Translations under genes and position numbers: made by a program
Source of the DNA: an uncultured bacterium
GTDB lineage: Bacteria; Acidobacteriota; Thermoanaerobaculia; Multivoradales; JAHZIX01
Direction: 5' to 3'
Assembly (NCBI GenBank): GCA_965368975.1
Contig: CBDUPA010000001.1
Span: forward strand, 544,001-608,000
DNA length: 64,000 nt
Shown here: one piece after another, positions 21,915 to 33,873 of the stretch
How positions within the stretch are numbered: the first letter of the stretch is position 1
Layout: each line of letters opens with the position of its first letter
Notes under the pieces: generated by a model
Seen by the model: the letters and a program-made list of their open reading frames with translations, nothing else
Told to the model about the DNA's origin: nothing
The model's database searches: none

Positions 21915-22732
21915 TGCTTGGGTCTCCAGCTGGCGCAACCGTTCGGGTCCGTGCCGATGTCGTGTATCGGATGATCTTTGGAAAGCCGCGACAGAATTTC
22001 CTGGCTCGGCGGATACAAGGGGTGCCAGTTGAAGTACTCGCGGCTGATCGCGCCGGTGCTCCCGACGTCGTAGCCGCAGCTCAGAACTGGATAGTCGAGA
22101 ACCTCGCGCGGGGCGTGCTGGAGGAGTTCCTCGCGGAAGGCATCGCGCAGTGGACGCATTGTATCGTTCACCTGCTGTCGCTGGGCGTAACTCAAGCCCG
22201 GGGCCGAGAACCCGAAGCGCTCAGCCATGATCTTGGTCATGGCAAGGTCGAGAGTGCTCGTGTTGGTGCGGCGCAGCGAGCCTTCACCGGTCGGCCGTTC
22301 GCGTGCCGGCCCGGGCGTCGGTCGCACGATCGTCTCGCTCGGTTCGCGGTCAGCGTCGAAGTAGCCGTTGGCAAGGTCGACGTTCGCCAGGCAGACATCG
22401 ACCTTGGGAAATAGTTCCTTGACCGCCAGTTCGTGATTGCCCCAGTAGCTGATTCTTTCCAGTACCAGGACTTCACCGTAGCCATAGTCCTTCAGGTAGC
22501 GATCGGGCGGTAGCCGCGCCGCGTCGAAGGCGGTCTGCATGCAGCGGCAGGCGGAGCGGATGTCGCCGGTTGTGGCTGGGGTAGTCAAATAGTGCTCGAT
22601 CAGGCGCTGACAGGCCGCCTCGACGCGGGTCTGCTCGCGATCGGGGAACTTGGGCAGCGGCGTGTCTTGGGCCGCCAGCAGCAGTGGGTAGGCGAGGGTG
22701 AGGTGCAAGAGGATGGAGAGCGTGCGTCGCAT
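21911..22732 (-). CDS. Secreted hypothetical protein
   Basis: Signal peptide MRRTLSILLHLTLAYPLLLAAQ; AAGGA RBS; several Cys including CxC. Confidence 0.7.
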   Translation of the reverse strand: MRRTLSILLHLTLAYPLLLAAQDTPLPKFPDREQTRVEAACQRLIEHYLTTPATTGDIRSACRCMQTAFDAARLPPDRYLKDYGYGEVLVLERISYWGNHELAVKELFPKVDVCLANVDLANGYFDADREPSETIVRPTPGPARERPTGEGSLRRTNTSTLDLAMTKIMAERFGFSAPGLSYAQRQQVNDTMRPLRDAFREELLQHAPREVLDYPVLSCGYDVGSTGAISREYFNWHPLYPPSQEILSRLSKDHPIHDIGTDPNGCASWRPKQ

Positions 22733-22999
22733 GCTGGGTTCCTTCAACCTGGTTTGTGCGTTGGTGAGAACACGAGGACTCGAACAGGGCGATGGCGGAA
22801 GGATAGCTTAGTGGCGCTGAAGCTGTCGGTTCCAGCTACCTGGAGCCAGCCGGCAGTAGACGCTTCGAAGGGAGTTCGGTCTCGACTACCGCGAGACCAG
22901 GAGCGTGTGGGGCGCCTTCGGCGTCCACTTGCGTTGGCTGAGGACGCTCGGCCGGGGCGACGATCCGATGGTGGCCGCCGAAGGTGCTGTTTCTAGCGC

Positions 23000-24889
23000 T
23001 CAGCCGGTGATCTCCAGGTACAGGGGATTGCTCTCCAGGCCGCGATTTTGGACATAGACCAGAGTCCAACCCAGGTCCAGACCCGCAGGGACTTCGACCT
23101 GCAGGTAGCGAGAAGGTGCGCCCTGGACGCTCGCCTGATTGGTAAGATCGACGGTCACGGCGGTGTTGCCGAAGTAGACGACCGGCGCTGCGTAGTCCGG
23201 CGGACGCACGCTGGCGCTGCCTTCGTTGCTCCAGCGCAGCGTCAAGCGTGAACCCTCGAGCAGCAGGGTGTCGCCCATGACCGCCGAGGTGGTTTCTTGC
23301 CAGGGCCAGCCCGGGGTGACGATGGCTCGGTGCAGGCTGTCGAGGATCGGGAAGGGATGCAGCACCGCGCGGGCGATGTCGTCGCTGGTGATCAAGGCAT
23401 CGAGCGTGGTGCCGGCTGGATTGCCGTAGAGCAACTCGATCGCTTCGGTCTCGATCGGGGTGTAGGCCGAGTACGTGCCGCCCATGCCCTCGTAGCCGAT
23501 GACCCGGTTGCCGCGGAAGGCGTGTGCCAGTCCGGCGACGTGCCCGAGCTCGTGGATCGCGGTGTCGTAGGCCTGGGCATCGGCCGCATAGCCGGTGGTC
23601 CAGGCAGAGCTGAGGTGGAGCTCGCCGCCGATGATCGGCGCCCCGGCTCGTTCGAGCGCATGTCCGGCGTCGTTGCACGCGGCGTCGACGCCCTGGCGGA
23701 AGGCGACTCCGCGCGGGGTGTCGAAGGTCACGGTCACCACCCGGCAGCGATCGGCGGGCGGATCGGCGCTTTCCAGGAAGGTCGCGGAGTAGAGGCCGTG
23801 GGTCAGGTCCGGCACGGTGGCGGTGAGCATGGCGCGCGTGTCGGTCTCACCCTGCGTGCCGCGACCGGTGGCGTCGAACCAGAACACCGGATCGGCGGTG
23901 AAGCGGCTGGTGCCGTCGATGCGCGGGCCGGTCGGGAGGTCGAGCGCACTCAAGACGGACTCGACGAAGTACTCCTGCGCCGGCTGGCTCCAGGCATGGC
24001 CGCCGTCACCATCGAAGGCTCCGATGTCGGCTCGGGTCCCGTCGGCGTCGTTGTAGGCGGCATCCGGATGCCCCGCGTCGCGGCACGGCGAGCCGGCGGC
24101 CAGCCGGTAGTCGCCGTCGTTGCCCTGGGTGTTGGCGTTGTGCGTCGTGTAGGCGAACAGCGGATCGGCAGCGATCGTACCGGTGCCGCCGCTGGCGTCG
24201 TAGCCGTAGTCGCGACGGTTGCCCCAGATGTCGTTGTAGGACTCGGCCGGCGTGCACTGGTAGGGTGCGTAGCCGGTGTGGTTGCCGGTGATGATGTTGT
24301 TGACGATCGTCGGCGTGGCGCGCTCGGCGTAGATGCCGTTGGGTCGCGGATTGTAGGAGCTGCCCAGGTTGCCGAGGATCGTGTTGTTGCGAATCTCGGC
24401 AGTGCAGCCGTCGAGACAGACGATGCCGCCGTCACCGTAGTTGGCGATGATGACATTGCGGGTGATCAGTCCGGACGTACCGTCGCACTTGATGCCGTCG
24501 TAGCCGCCGGTGATGGTGAAGCCGCGTAGCTCGGCGCCGTTCGCCATGGTCACCGTCGGGTGTCCGCCGTCACGATCGGCGCCGCCATGGATCACCGCCG
24601 CGCCGACGCGCGGTGACACCAGGCTGACGCCCGCCGGCAGCGTCACGTGTTCACGGTAGAGCCCGGAGGCCACCACCACGGTATCGCCCGAGGAAGCATG
24701 GCCGAGACCGGCGGCGATGGTGCGAAAGGGTTGCGCCTCGGTGCCGACCTCGATGCCGGTGTAGGCACCGTGGACATAGTAGGTGGTAGGGGGCGGGCAG
24801 CCGGTGGTGAGGAGCAGTAGGATTCCGAGGCCGAGGATCAGTCCGCGCGCGTCTCGGAGCGTCGAGAGTGAACGCAGGGGGGTGTTCAT
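23000..24889 (-). CDS. Lipoprotein: DUF1565-like right-handed beta-helix plus zinc metallopeptidase domain
   Basis: Lipobox-like LLLTTGC; GTEAQPFRTI...GDTVVVASGLY; NN-ladder repeats; DYRLAAGSPCRDAG; HELGHVAGLAH. Confidence 0.8.
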   Translation of the reverse strand: MNTPLRSLSTLRDARGLILGLGILLLLTTGCPPPTTYYVHGAYTGIEVGTEAQPFRTIAAGLGHASSGDTVVVASGLYREHVTLPAGVSLVSPRVGAAVIHGGADRDGGHPTVTMANGAELRGFTITGGYDGIKCDGTSGLITRNVIIANYGDGGIVCLDGCTAEIRNNTILGNLGSSYNPRPNGIYAERATPTIVNNIITGNHTGYAPYQCTPAESYNDIWGNRRDYGYDASGGTGTIAADPLFAYTTHNANTQGNDGDYRLAAGSPCRDAGHPDAAYNDADGTRADIGAFDGDGGHAWSQPAQEYFVESVLSALDLPTGPRIDGTSRFTADPVFWFDATGRGTQGETDTRAMLTATVPDLTHGLYSATFLESADPPADRCRVVTVTFDTPRGVAFRQGVDAACNDAGHALERAGAPIIGGELHLSSAWTTGYAADAQAYDTAIHELGHVAGLAHAFRGNRVIGYEGMGGTYSAYTPIETEAIELLYGNPAGTTLDALITSDDIARAVLHPFPILDSLHRAIVTPGWPWQETTSAVMGDTLLLEGSRLTLRWSNEGSASVRPPDYAAPVVYFGNTAVTVDLTNQASVQGAPSRYLQVEVPAGLDLGWTLVYVQNRGLESNPLYLEITG

Positions 24890-24997
24890 GACGATCTCCT
24901 GGAGTTGGGTAGGTTCAGAAGATGGGGAGAGGGAGGAAGCTTGGATCAGGGTCCGGCGGGTTCAGCAGGAGAAGGTATACCTTCCCCATCATCCAGT

Positions 24998-25100
24998 GTA
25001 GGAGCCCGCTCCGCAACACCCACAGAGGTAGGGTGGCTGACCGGCTGGTCGGCAGGGACTACCGGTCAACGGCGCTACTATTGCGGGGTCGCACTCCTGC
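24998..25100. repeat. REP-like imperfect inverted repeat pair
   Basis: GTAGGAGCCCGCTCCGCAA (24998-25016) vs TTGCGGGGTCGCACTCCTGC (25081-25100). Confidence 0.35.
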
Positions 25101-25211
25101 GGGGCCGTACTCTTGCGGGGACGAGTGTCGTCAGGGATCGCCTCGGCACTGGCATGCGCTCAGCTCATCTCAAAGACAACTTCCAGGGTTCAGCCCGAAG
25201 GTGAAGAACGA

Positions 25212-25991
25212 ATGATCGAAACAGGACTTGCGGGAAGAGTCGTCATGGTGACTGGCGGCGCCGCCGGTATCGGCCGTGCTGCTGCGCTGCGCTTCGCGGC
25301 CGAGGGAGCCCGCGTTGCCGTTTGGGATGTGCGGCCAGCTGTTGGTGACTTGCAAGGTGCACTCCGGCAGGCTGGCGGTGATGGAGTCTTGCAAGCCGTC
25401 GATGTGACGGACGGGGAGGCCGTGTTGGCGGCGGTCGAGGAGGTCGTTGAGCGCTGGGGGCGTGTCGACGTGCTGATCAACAACGCCGGTATCGTGCGCG
25501 ACTCACAGCTGGTCAAGTGGAAAGACGACGAAGTAGCCACGATGATGAGCGACGAGGCTTTCGATGCTGTCATCGCGGTCAACCTCAAGGGCGTCTTCCT
25601 GTGTACCCGTGCGGTGGTGCCGCACATGATCCGCCAGCAGGGCGGCGTCATCCTCAGTGCTTCTTCGGTGGTCGGGCTGTACGGGAACTTCGGCCAGACC
25701 AACTACGCTGCCACCAAGGCAGGCGTCATCAACATGACGCGCACCTGGGCCCGCGAATTGGGGCGCTACGGCATCCGCGCCAACGCCGTGGCGCCGGGCT
25801 TCGTGGCCACCGAAATTGTGAAGGACATGCCGCCGAAGGTCATCGAGTCGGTTCAGGCTCGCACGCCGCTCGGGCGCATGGGCTCGGTCGACGATATCGC
25901 CAACGCCTACGTGTGGCTGGCCTCGGATGCCGCCGCCTTCGTCAACGGTACCGTTCTGTCGGTCGACGGTGGCTTGGTGCTGGGCACCTGA
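25212..25991 (+). CDS. fabG: SDR oxidoreductase, 3-oxoacyl-ACP reductase / acetoacetyl-CoA reductase family
   Basis: TGGAAGIG, NNAGIVRD, GNFGQTNYAATK and NAVAPGF motifs. Confidence 0.88.
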   Translation: MIETGLAGRVVMVTGGAAGIGRAAALRFAAEGARVAVWDVRPAVGDLQGALRQAGGDGVLQAVDVTDGEAVLAAVEEVVERWGRVDVLINNAGIVRDSQLVKWKDDEVATMMSDEAFDAVIAVNLKGVFLCTRAVVPHMIRQQGGVILSASSVVGLYGNFGQTNYAATKAGVINMTRTWARELGRYGIRANAVAPGFVATEIVKDMPPKVIESVQARTPLGRMGSVDDIANAYVWLASDAAAFVNGTVLSVDGGLVLGT

Positions 25992-26039
25992 GGGCCAACA
26001 AGGCTGCAAGCTGTTCGAGATCTCCTCTTCCGCTTCAAT

Positions 26040-26373
26040 CGCCTGGTGATCGTCGGCTTGGTGCTGGTCAGTCTGGCGCTGGCCTACTGGCAGCTGGTAG
26101 CCTCCAACCTCAGCGTCGCGATCTTCGCCCAAACCGGCGTCTACGCCTACTTCGCCGCCGCCTTCGTGCCGGTCTTGTTCGGAACCTTCCTACCCAAGAC
26201 CCCCACCCAAAGCCGCCGCGATCTCAGCGTCCGTGGTGGCGGTGGTCGTCCACTTCACGCTCTACTACACCGGCGACGCGTACTTCCCCTAACTTCATGG
26301 ACGTCAGCGTCAAGAATCCGGGGATCTCGACCGCGCTGGGGATCGTCGCGGTGGTGGTTGGTGGGGGAGAGTA
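26040..26373 (+). pseudogene. Frameshifted C-terminal fragment of a probable sodium:solute symporter
   Basis: NLSVAIFAQTGVYAYFAAAFVPVLFG continues in other frames as AAISASVVAVVVHFTLYY and KNPGISTALGIVAVVVG; the N-terminus is absent. Confidence 0.55.
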
Positions 26374-26451
26374 GTTGGCGTCAAGGCGATCTCTTGATTA
26401 GAATTCAATATTCCTGGAAGGTCTACTCTTCCCGTTAACAGAACTTTTTGG

Positions 26452-26709
26452 ATGTCTATCAGAAGATTCCGAGACGTCAGCGAGATGGAGGGCAATACCT
26501 GGAAAGAACCGGGTAGCCCAGAGCTCATGCGTGCCATCCGTTCGACTTGGGACTTCGCGCAGCGCACGCTACAGCCGAAGTTCCCGCCGGGCGTCTACAA
26601 GTACCGCTCGATCGAAGAGATGAAAGCGCAGCGCGAGCGCTGGGCGCAGGCGAACTTCGAGGCGTACCAGGAGCGGTTACGGCAGAAGCGGGTCGAAGGC
26701 GCTAAGTAG
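26452..26709 (+). CDS. Small hypothetical protein with duplicated (V/I)x(K/R)(F/Y)RxxxE motif; paralog of 35638-35925
   Basis: IRRFRDVSEM ... FPPGVYKYRSIEEM...RERW. Confidence 0.75.
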   Translation: MSIRRFRDVSEMEGNTWKEPGSPELMRAIRSTWDFAQRTLQPKFPPGVYKYRSIEEMKAQRERWAQANFEAYQERLRQKRVEGAK

Positions 26710-26753
26710 ATACCGCTTCCAGATCTTGGACTCGGAGACGCGTACCGAGGCTT

Positions 26754-27449
26754 TCAATCCATGACCAGCTCGATCGGGACTTCGTCTGCGGCGAACGGAC
26801 CGAAGACCTTCTGTAGCCCGGTCCACCAGGCACCGTCGGGATTCCCAGGCGCCGGGCGCTCCACGAGCACGTAGATCGGCGACGTCGTCTCGACGGGCAG
26901 CAGCCACTCCACTTCGCTGTCGAGCGGAAACGGCGGAAACTGCTTGGAGCCCAACGCCACCATTTCTCCTTGCGGCCCGGTGGGTGGTGGGCCGAAGCAG
27001 ATGACGGCTCGGACTGGGCCTGCGGGGCTGTTTGGTGCGGCCCGAATGACCATGCGATGCGGTCGCAGGTGATCTCGGAGGTCGATGCGCCCGAGGTCGA
27101 TGTGGCCCGCCGTGTCTGGCTGTGGGACGTTTGCAGCGGTGAGAGAGTGGATCTCAGCGCGCAGGCCGGTCACGACGGAGACGCGCACTACGCTTCCTTG
27201 AATCGCTGCTGTGAAGTGTCCGTGCTCGTCGACGGGCAGCCACCGCTCGCGCGCCTCGCCATCGACGTTCCGAAGCGCCAGCCAGACTTCGACGCCACGG
27301 CTACCGCTGCCGTCAGGCAGAAGCACTTGGCCGACCAGGTTCACGTGAGGGGCGACACTGCGCTGATCGCCAGCAGCGTCTCGAGGGCTCGCTCCGATGG
27401 TTCCCAGGAACATGAGCACGGCGGGAAGAGCTGCCGCGAATCGCTTCAT
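26754..27449 (-). CDS. Secreted hypothetical protein
   Basis: AAGGAG RBS before ATG 27449; signal peptide MKRFAAALPAVLMFLGTIGA. Confidence 0.65.
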   Translation of the reverse strand: MKRFAAALPAVLMFLGTIGASPRDAAGDQRSVAPHVNLVGQVLLPDGSGSRGVEVWLALRNVDGEARERWLPVDEHGHFTAAIQGSVVRVSVVTGLRAEIHSLTAANVPQPDTAGHIDLGRIDLRDHLRPHRMVIRAAPNSPAGPVRAVICFGPPPTGPQGEMVALGSKQFPPFPLDSEVEWLLPVETTSPIYVLVERPAPGNPDGAWWTGLQKVFGPFAADEVPIELVMD

Positions 27450-27561
27450 GAGTGTCTCCTTGGTGCCTACTCGAAGCCAGAAGTATACCGGCTGACTTGC
27501 TGGCTCAGGACGAGGACCCCGGGCGCCTGGAGGGGAGCTGAAGTAGTAGAGTTGGACCACT

Positions 27562-27927
27562 ATGACCCAAGTTGAAACCGACGATCCTCTGATCCACTAC
27601 TGCCGCGGTTTGCCTGGCGCTACGGAAGACATCAAGTGGGACGACGATCTCGTCCTCTCCGTCGGGGGCAAGATGTTCGCGGTCTTCGACCTCAAGGGCA
27701 GCGACTGGCTGTGTTTCAAAGTCGACGCCCTGGTGTTCACCAGCCTGGTCGAGCAGGAAGGGATCCGGCCGGCGCCCTATCTGGCGCGTCATCACTGGGT
27801 ACAGGTGACGGATCGGGACGTGCTGACGCGGACCAACTTGGAAGACTTCTTCGTCGAGTCGCACCGCCTGGTGGCGTCGAAGTTGACGAAGAAGTTGCAG
27901 CGGCAGCTTGGGCTGCTACCTGGCTGA
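27562..27927 (+). CDS. MmcQ/YjbR family protein
   Basis: LPGATEDIKW, VGGKMFA, PAPYLARHHWV and SHRLV..KLTKK motifs. Confidence 0.9.
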   Translation: MTQVETDDPLIHYCRGLPGATEDIKWDDDLVLSVGGKMFAVFDLKGSDWLCFKVDALVFTSLVEQEGIRPAPYLARHHWVQVTDRDVLTRTNLEDFFVESHRLVASKLTKKLQRQLGLLPG

Positions 27928-27934
27928 ACCAGCG

Positions 27935-29515
27935 TCAGTACGACTTTGCCCAGACCACCCGCTTCGGACTCGGCTTGCCGGTGAACGGGCAGGTACCGGG
28001 TTCGTCGGCTTCGGGGTAGATGCCGTCGAGCGGGATGCAGCGCACGGTGACGGCGAGATCTTGCTTGATCTGTTCTTCCAGCTCGGGATCTTCACCGTAA
28101 TGAGTCAGCGCGAAGCCGCCGTGGATCGGGGGCGGTGCGTTGGGATCGTCGCGCTCGGCGGTGAAGAAGTCGTAGAAGTCGTCTTTGCTGTCGATCACGT
28201 GTGTGTTCTCATCGCGGTAGGCGCGAGCACGCTCGAGCATCGAGTCCTGAATCTCTTGCAGCATCGATCCTACGCCCGCGACGAACTCGGCACGCGGTAG
28301 GCTCTGCTTGCCTTTGGCACCCAGGTCGCGGCGGCCGACGAAGACGGCTTCGTTCTCGATGTCACGCGGTCCGACCTCGGCCCGTAGCGGAATGCCCTTC
28401 TTGACCCAGCCCCACGTCTTCTCGCCGCCGCCCAGGTCACGCTCGTCGACGATCACCTCGACGGGACGGCCATCGAAGCTCTGCGCCCGCAGTTCGGCAG
28501 CCAGACTGTGGCTGTACTCGAGCACCTGGGCTCGCGACTCTTCCTTGTGCAGCACGGGCAAGATCACCACGTGGGACGGCGCCACCTTGGGAGGCAGGAT
28601 CAAGCCGTCGTCGTCGCCGTGGGTCATCACCATGCCGCCGATCAGGCGCGTCGAGACGCCCCAGCTGGTGGTCCAGGCGTGCTGGTGTTCGCCGTCTTGG
28701 TTTAGGAACTGGATGTTGCTAGCGCGCGCGAAGTTCTGTCCCAGGAAGTGGCTGGTGCCGGCCTGCAGCGCCTTGCGGTCCTGCATCATGGCCTCGATGC
28801 AGTAGGTCTGGACGGCGCCGGGGAAGCGCTCGGCGGCGGTTTTCTCGCCGCGGATCACCGGCATGGCGAGGGTGGTCTCGGCGAAGTCGGCGTAGATGTC
28901 GAGAATGCGCAGCGTTTCTTCGATCGCGTCCGTGTCTGTCGCGTGGACGGTGTGACCTTCTTGCCACAGGAACTCGGCCGTGCGCAAGAACAAGCGCGTG
29001 CGCAGTTCCCAGCGCACCACGTTGGCCCACTGGTTGATCAGCAGCGGCAAGTCGCGGTAGCTCTGCACCCACCTGGCGAACGCTTCGCCGATGATCGTCT
29101 CTGAGGTCGGGCGCACGATCAGAGGCTCTTCCAACTCGCCGGTGGGGACCAGCTTGCCGTCCTGGGTGGCCTCCAAGCGGTGGTGCGTGACGACCGCGCA
29201 CTCTTTGGCGAAGCCCTCGACGTGGGCGGCTTCCTTTTCCAGGTAGGAGAGCGGGATGAACAGCGGGAAGTAAGCGTTCTGGTGACCGGTCGCCTTCAGG
29301 CGGCCGTCGAGATCGCGCTGCACATTCTCCCACGTACCGTAGCCCCATGGCTTGATCACCATGCAGCCGCGCACCGGTGAGTTCTCCGCCAGATCGGCGG
29401 CGCGGACCACTTGCTGGTACCACTCGGCGTAGTTCTCCTCGCGCGTGGGGGAGATCGCGGTTCTGGGTTTCTTACCCTGCTTCTGGCCTTGCTTCTGCTG
29501 TTGTTTGCTCATCAT
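27935..29515 (-). CDS. proS: Proline--tRNA ligase (archaeal/eukaryote-like type)
   Basis: EAAHVEGFAKE, VRPTSETII, FLRTAEFLWQEGHT, LQAGTSHFLGQNF, SWGVSTR; C-terminal AKSY. Confidence 0.97.
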   Translation of the reverse strand: MMSKQQQKQGQKQGKKPRTAISPTREENYAEWYQQVVRAADLAENSPVRGCMVIKPWGYGTWENVQRDLDGRLKATGHQNAYFPLFIPLSYLEKEAAHVEGFAKECAVVTHHRLEATQDGKLVPTGELEEPLIVRPTSETIIGEAFARWVQSYRDLPLLINQWANVVRWELRTRLFLRTAEFLWQEGHTVHATDTDAIEETLRILDIYADFAETTLAMPVIRGEKTAAERFPGAVQTYCIEAMMQDRKALQAGTSHFLGQNFARASNIQFLNQDGEHQHAWTTSWGVSTRLIGGMVMTHGDDDGLILPPKVAPSHVVILPVLHKEESRAQVLEYSHSLAAELRAQSFDGRPVEVIVDERDLGGGEKTWGWVKKGIPLRAEVGPRDIENEAVFVGRRDLGAKGKQSLPRAEFVAGVGSMLQEIQDSMLERARAYRDENTHVIDSKDDFYDFFTAERDDPNAPPPIHGGFALTHYGEDPELEEQIKQDLAVTVRCIPLDGIYPEADEPGTCPFTGKPSPKRVVWAKSY

Positions 29516-29581
29516 GCCTCCGGGGCGGGAGGTATATCACAGATACCGGAAGTGCTGACGGGCAGGCCTTCTGATCAATTA

Positions 29582-29657
29582 TATGAGTCCGTATAACTAA
29601 GAAATGAGGGGGTCGGACTTGCAATTTCGGGGTGAAGTTGAGTACAATCATCTCAGA
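29582..29657 (+). promoter_or_regulatory. Sigma70-type promoter of cbpA-clpB with two HAIR-like operators
   Basis: TTGCAA(29619-24)-N18-TACAAT(29643-48); TATGAGT-N7-ACTAAGA (29582-602) and GTTGAGT-N7-TCTCAGA (29637-57) vs HspR consensus CTTGAGT-N7-ACTCAAG. Confidence 0.55.
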
Positions 29658-29720
29658 TTTGGTGACCAGGTCTGCTGGTACACCTTCACCAACCCGGTAG
29701 GACGTGAGGAGGATTCTCAG

Positions 29721-30680
29721 GTGGAGTTCAAGGATTACTACGACATTCTCGGAGTCGACCGGAAGGCTTCCAAGGACGACATCCAGAAGTCCTACCGCAA
29801 GCTGGCCCGCAAGTTCCATCCGGACATCAACAAGGCGCCGGAGGCGGATTCCCAGTTCAAGGAGGTCAGCGAGGCCTATTCCGTGCTCAGTGATCCCGAG
29901 AAGCGAGCCAAGTACGATCGCTTCGGTTCCGCCTGGGAGCACGCCCAGACCACCGGCGGACCGCCCCCTGGCTTCGAGGGCTTCCACGTCGACTTCGGCG
30001 GAGGCGGTGGCGGAGGGGGCTTCGGCGGCTCGGGTTTCAGCTCGTTCTTCGAGAACTTGTTCGGTGGTCGTCAAGGCGGGCGAGATCCGTTCGGTGGCTT
30101 CGGCGGTGGCCGCGGAGCTTCGCGTGCCGGGCAGGACCACAACGCGACGCTGCGCCTGACGCTCGAAGAAGCGGCGCGCGGCGGCAAGAAGCAGTTGACG
30201 CTCACCGATCCGCTGACCCGCAAGCACCGCACGCTGACCGTCAGCATTCCCAAGGGCGTCCAGCCGGGGCAGAAGATACGTGTCGCGGGGCAGGGCGGAG
30301 ACGGTTTGGGTAGCGGTCCCAAGGGCAACCTGATGCTCGAGGTCGAGTTGCTGCCGAGTGAACGGTTCGAGCTCGACGGCAATGATCTCAAGACCCTGCT
30401 GCCGGTCACCCCGTGGGAAGCTGCCCTGGGCGGCGAGGCGCGGGTCCACACGCTCGACGGCAGCGTGACCGTGCGGGTGCCGCCCGGCTCGTCGTCCGGA
30501 CGCAAGATCCGGCTGCGCGGACGAGGTTTCCCGGCACGCTCCGGCACCGGCGACCTCTACGCTGAAATCCGCATCGTCATCCCCAGCTCGCTGTCCGAAC
30601 GCGAGCGCGAACTCTACGAGGAGCTGTCCCGGGTGTCCACCTTCGGTGCTCGCCGCGAGACGGTGTCCGAGGGGGCTTAG
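29721..30680 (+). CDS. cbpA: DnaJ class B co-chaperone (CbpA-like)
   Basis: [14 protein letters not shown]-rich region, no zinc finger, VTPWEAALG; GTG start with GGAGG RBS. Confidence 0.9.
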   Translation: MEFKDYYDILGVDRKASKDDIQKSYRKLARKFHPDINKAPEADSQFKEVSEAYSVLSDPEKRAKYDRFGSAWEHAQTTGGPPPGFEGFHVDFGGGGGGGGFGGSGFSSFFENLFGGRQGGRDPFGGFGGGRGASRAGQDHNATLRLTLEEAARGGKKQLTLTDPLTRKHRTLTVSIPKGVQPGQKIRVAGQGGDGLGSGPKGNLMLEVELLPSERFELDGNDLKTLLPVTPWEAALGGEARVHTLDGSVTVRVPPGSSSGRKIRLRGRGFPARSGTGDLYAEIRIVIPSSLSERERELYEELSRVSTFGARRETVSEGA

Positions 30681-30808
30681 TCAACGCTCGTCGAGCCGCA
30701 GTCCCCTTCGCCCAATTAGAAAAGCGGGGTAGCTAGAACAGAGCTACATCACTCCAGCCGTAGACGGTCCCGCCGGCTACGCGGTCAGACCTCAGAAGGA
30801 GAACTGAA

Positions 30809-33454
<2,646 letters not shown>

Positions 33455-33480
33455 ACGGAGAAGAGCGTCCGTGAAGGTCG

Positions 33481-33511
33481 AGAGCCCGGCGTCCAGGGGA
33501 TGCCGGGCTCT
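33481..33511 (+). terminator. Hairpin downstream of clpB
   Basis: AGAGCCCGGCGTC...GATGCCGGGCTCT inverted repeat; weak U tract. Confidence 0.6.
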
Positions 33512-33873
33512 GTGACCCTGGGGATAAAGATCCGCTCACAAAGCTGAGAGTTCGGGAAATCCTCATGAACTACGGGTTGAAGGTCTTATTATATTGACAT
33601 TAAATAGAATTTTATTTATAGATATAGTGATATTGGGTTTATTGAGCTGGTATTATGAGTCAGACCCGCGTCCTCAACCGGGGGCGGCAAGAGCTAGAGC
33701 CCTGGATGTTTTGTAGAGGAGAAACGAAGGTTTGTTAGACAGAAGCCACATTTTCCGCCACAATTCATGCGGAAACAACGACTCATGAATACGGACTTTA
33801 GCGCGAAGTGCCAGAGGGGGGATATTGCGATGCTCAGTGAAGCGCAGCGCGTTAGGTGCCCCGCATCAATCCA

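Noticed and set aside
25212-25991. Definite phaB assignment
   Set aside because: SDR motifs do not separate FabG from PhaB by eye, it lies about 30 kb from the PHA locus, and no clear phaR-type box was seen upstream.
33520-33740. Integron integrase gene or attI site
   Set aside because: No ORF with tyrosine-recombinase residues; GTTAGAC alone is insufficient to call attI.
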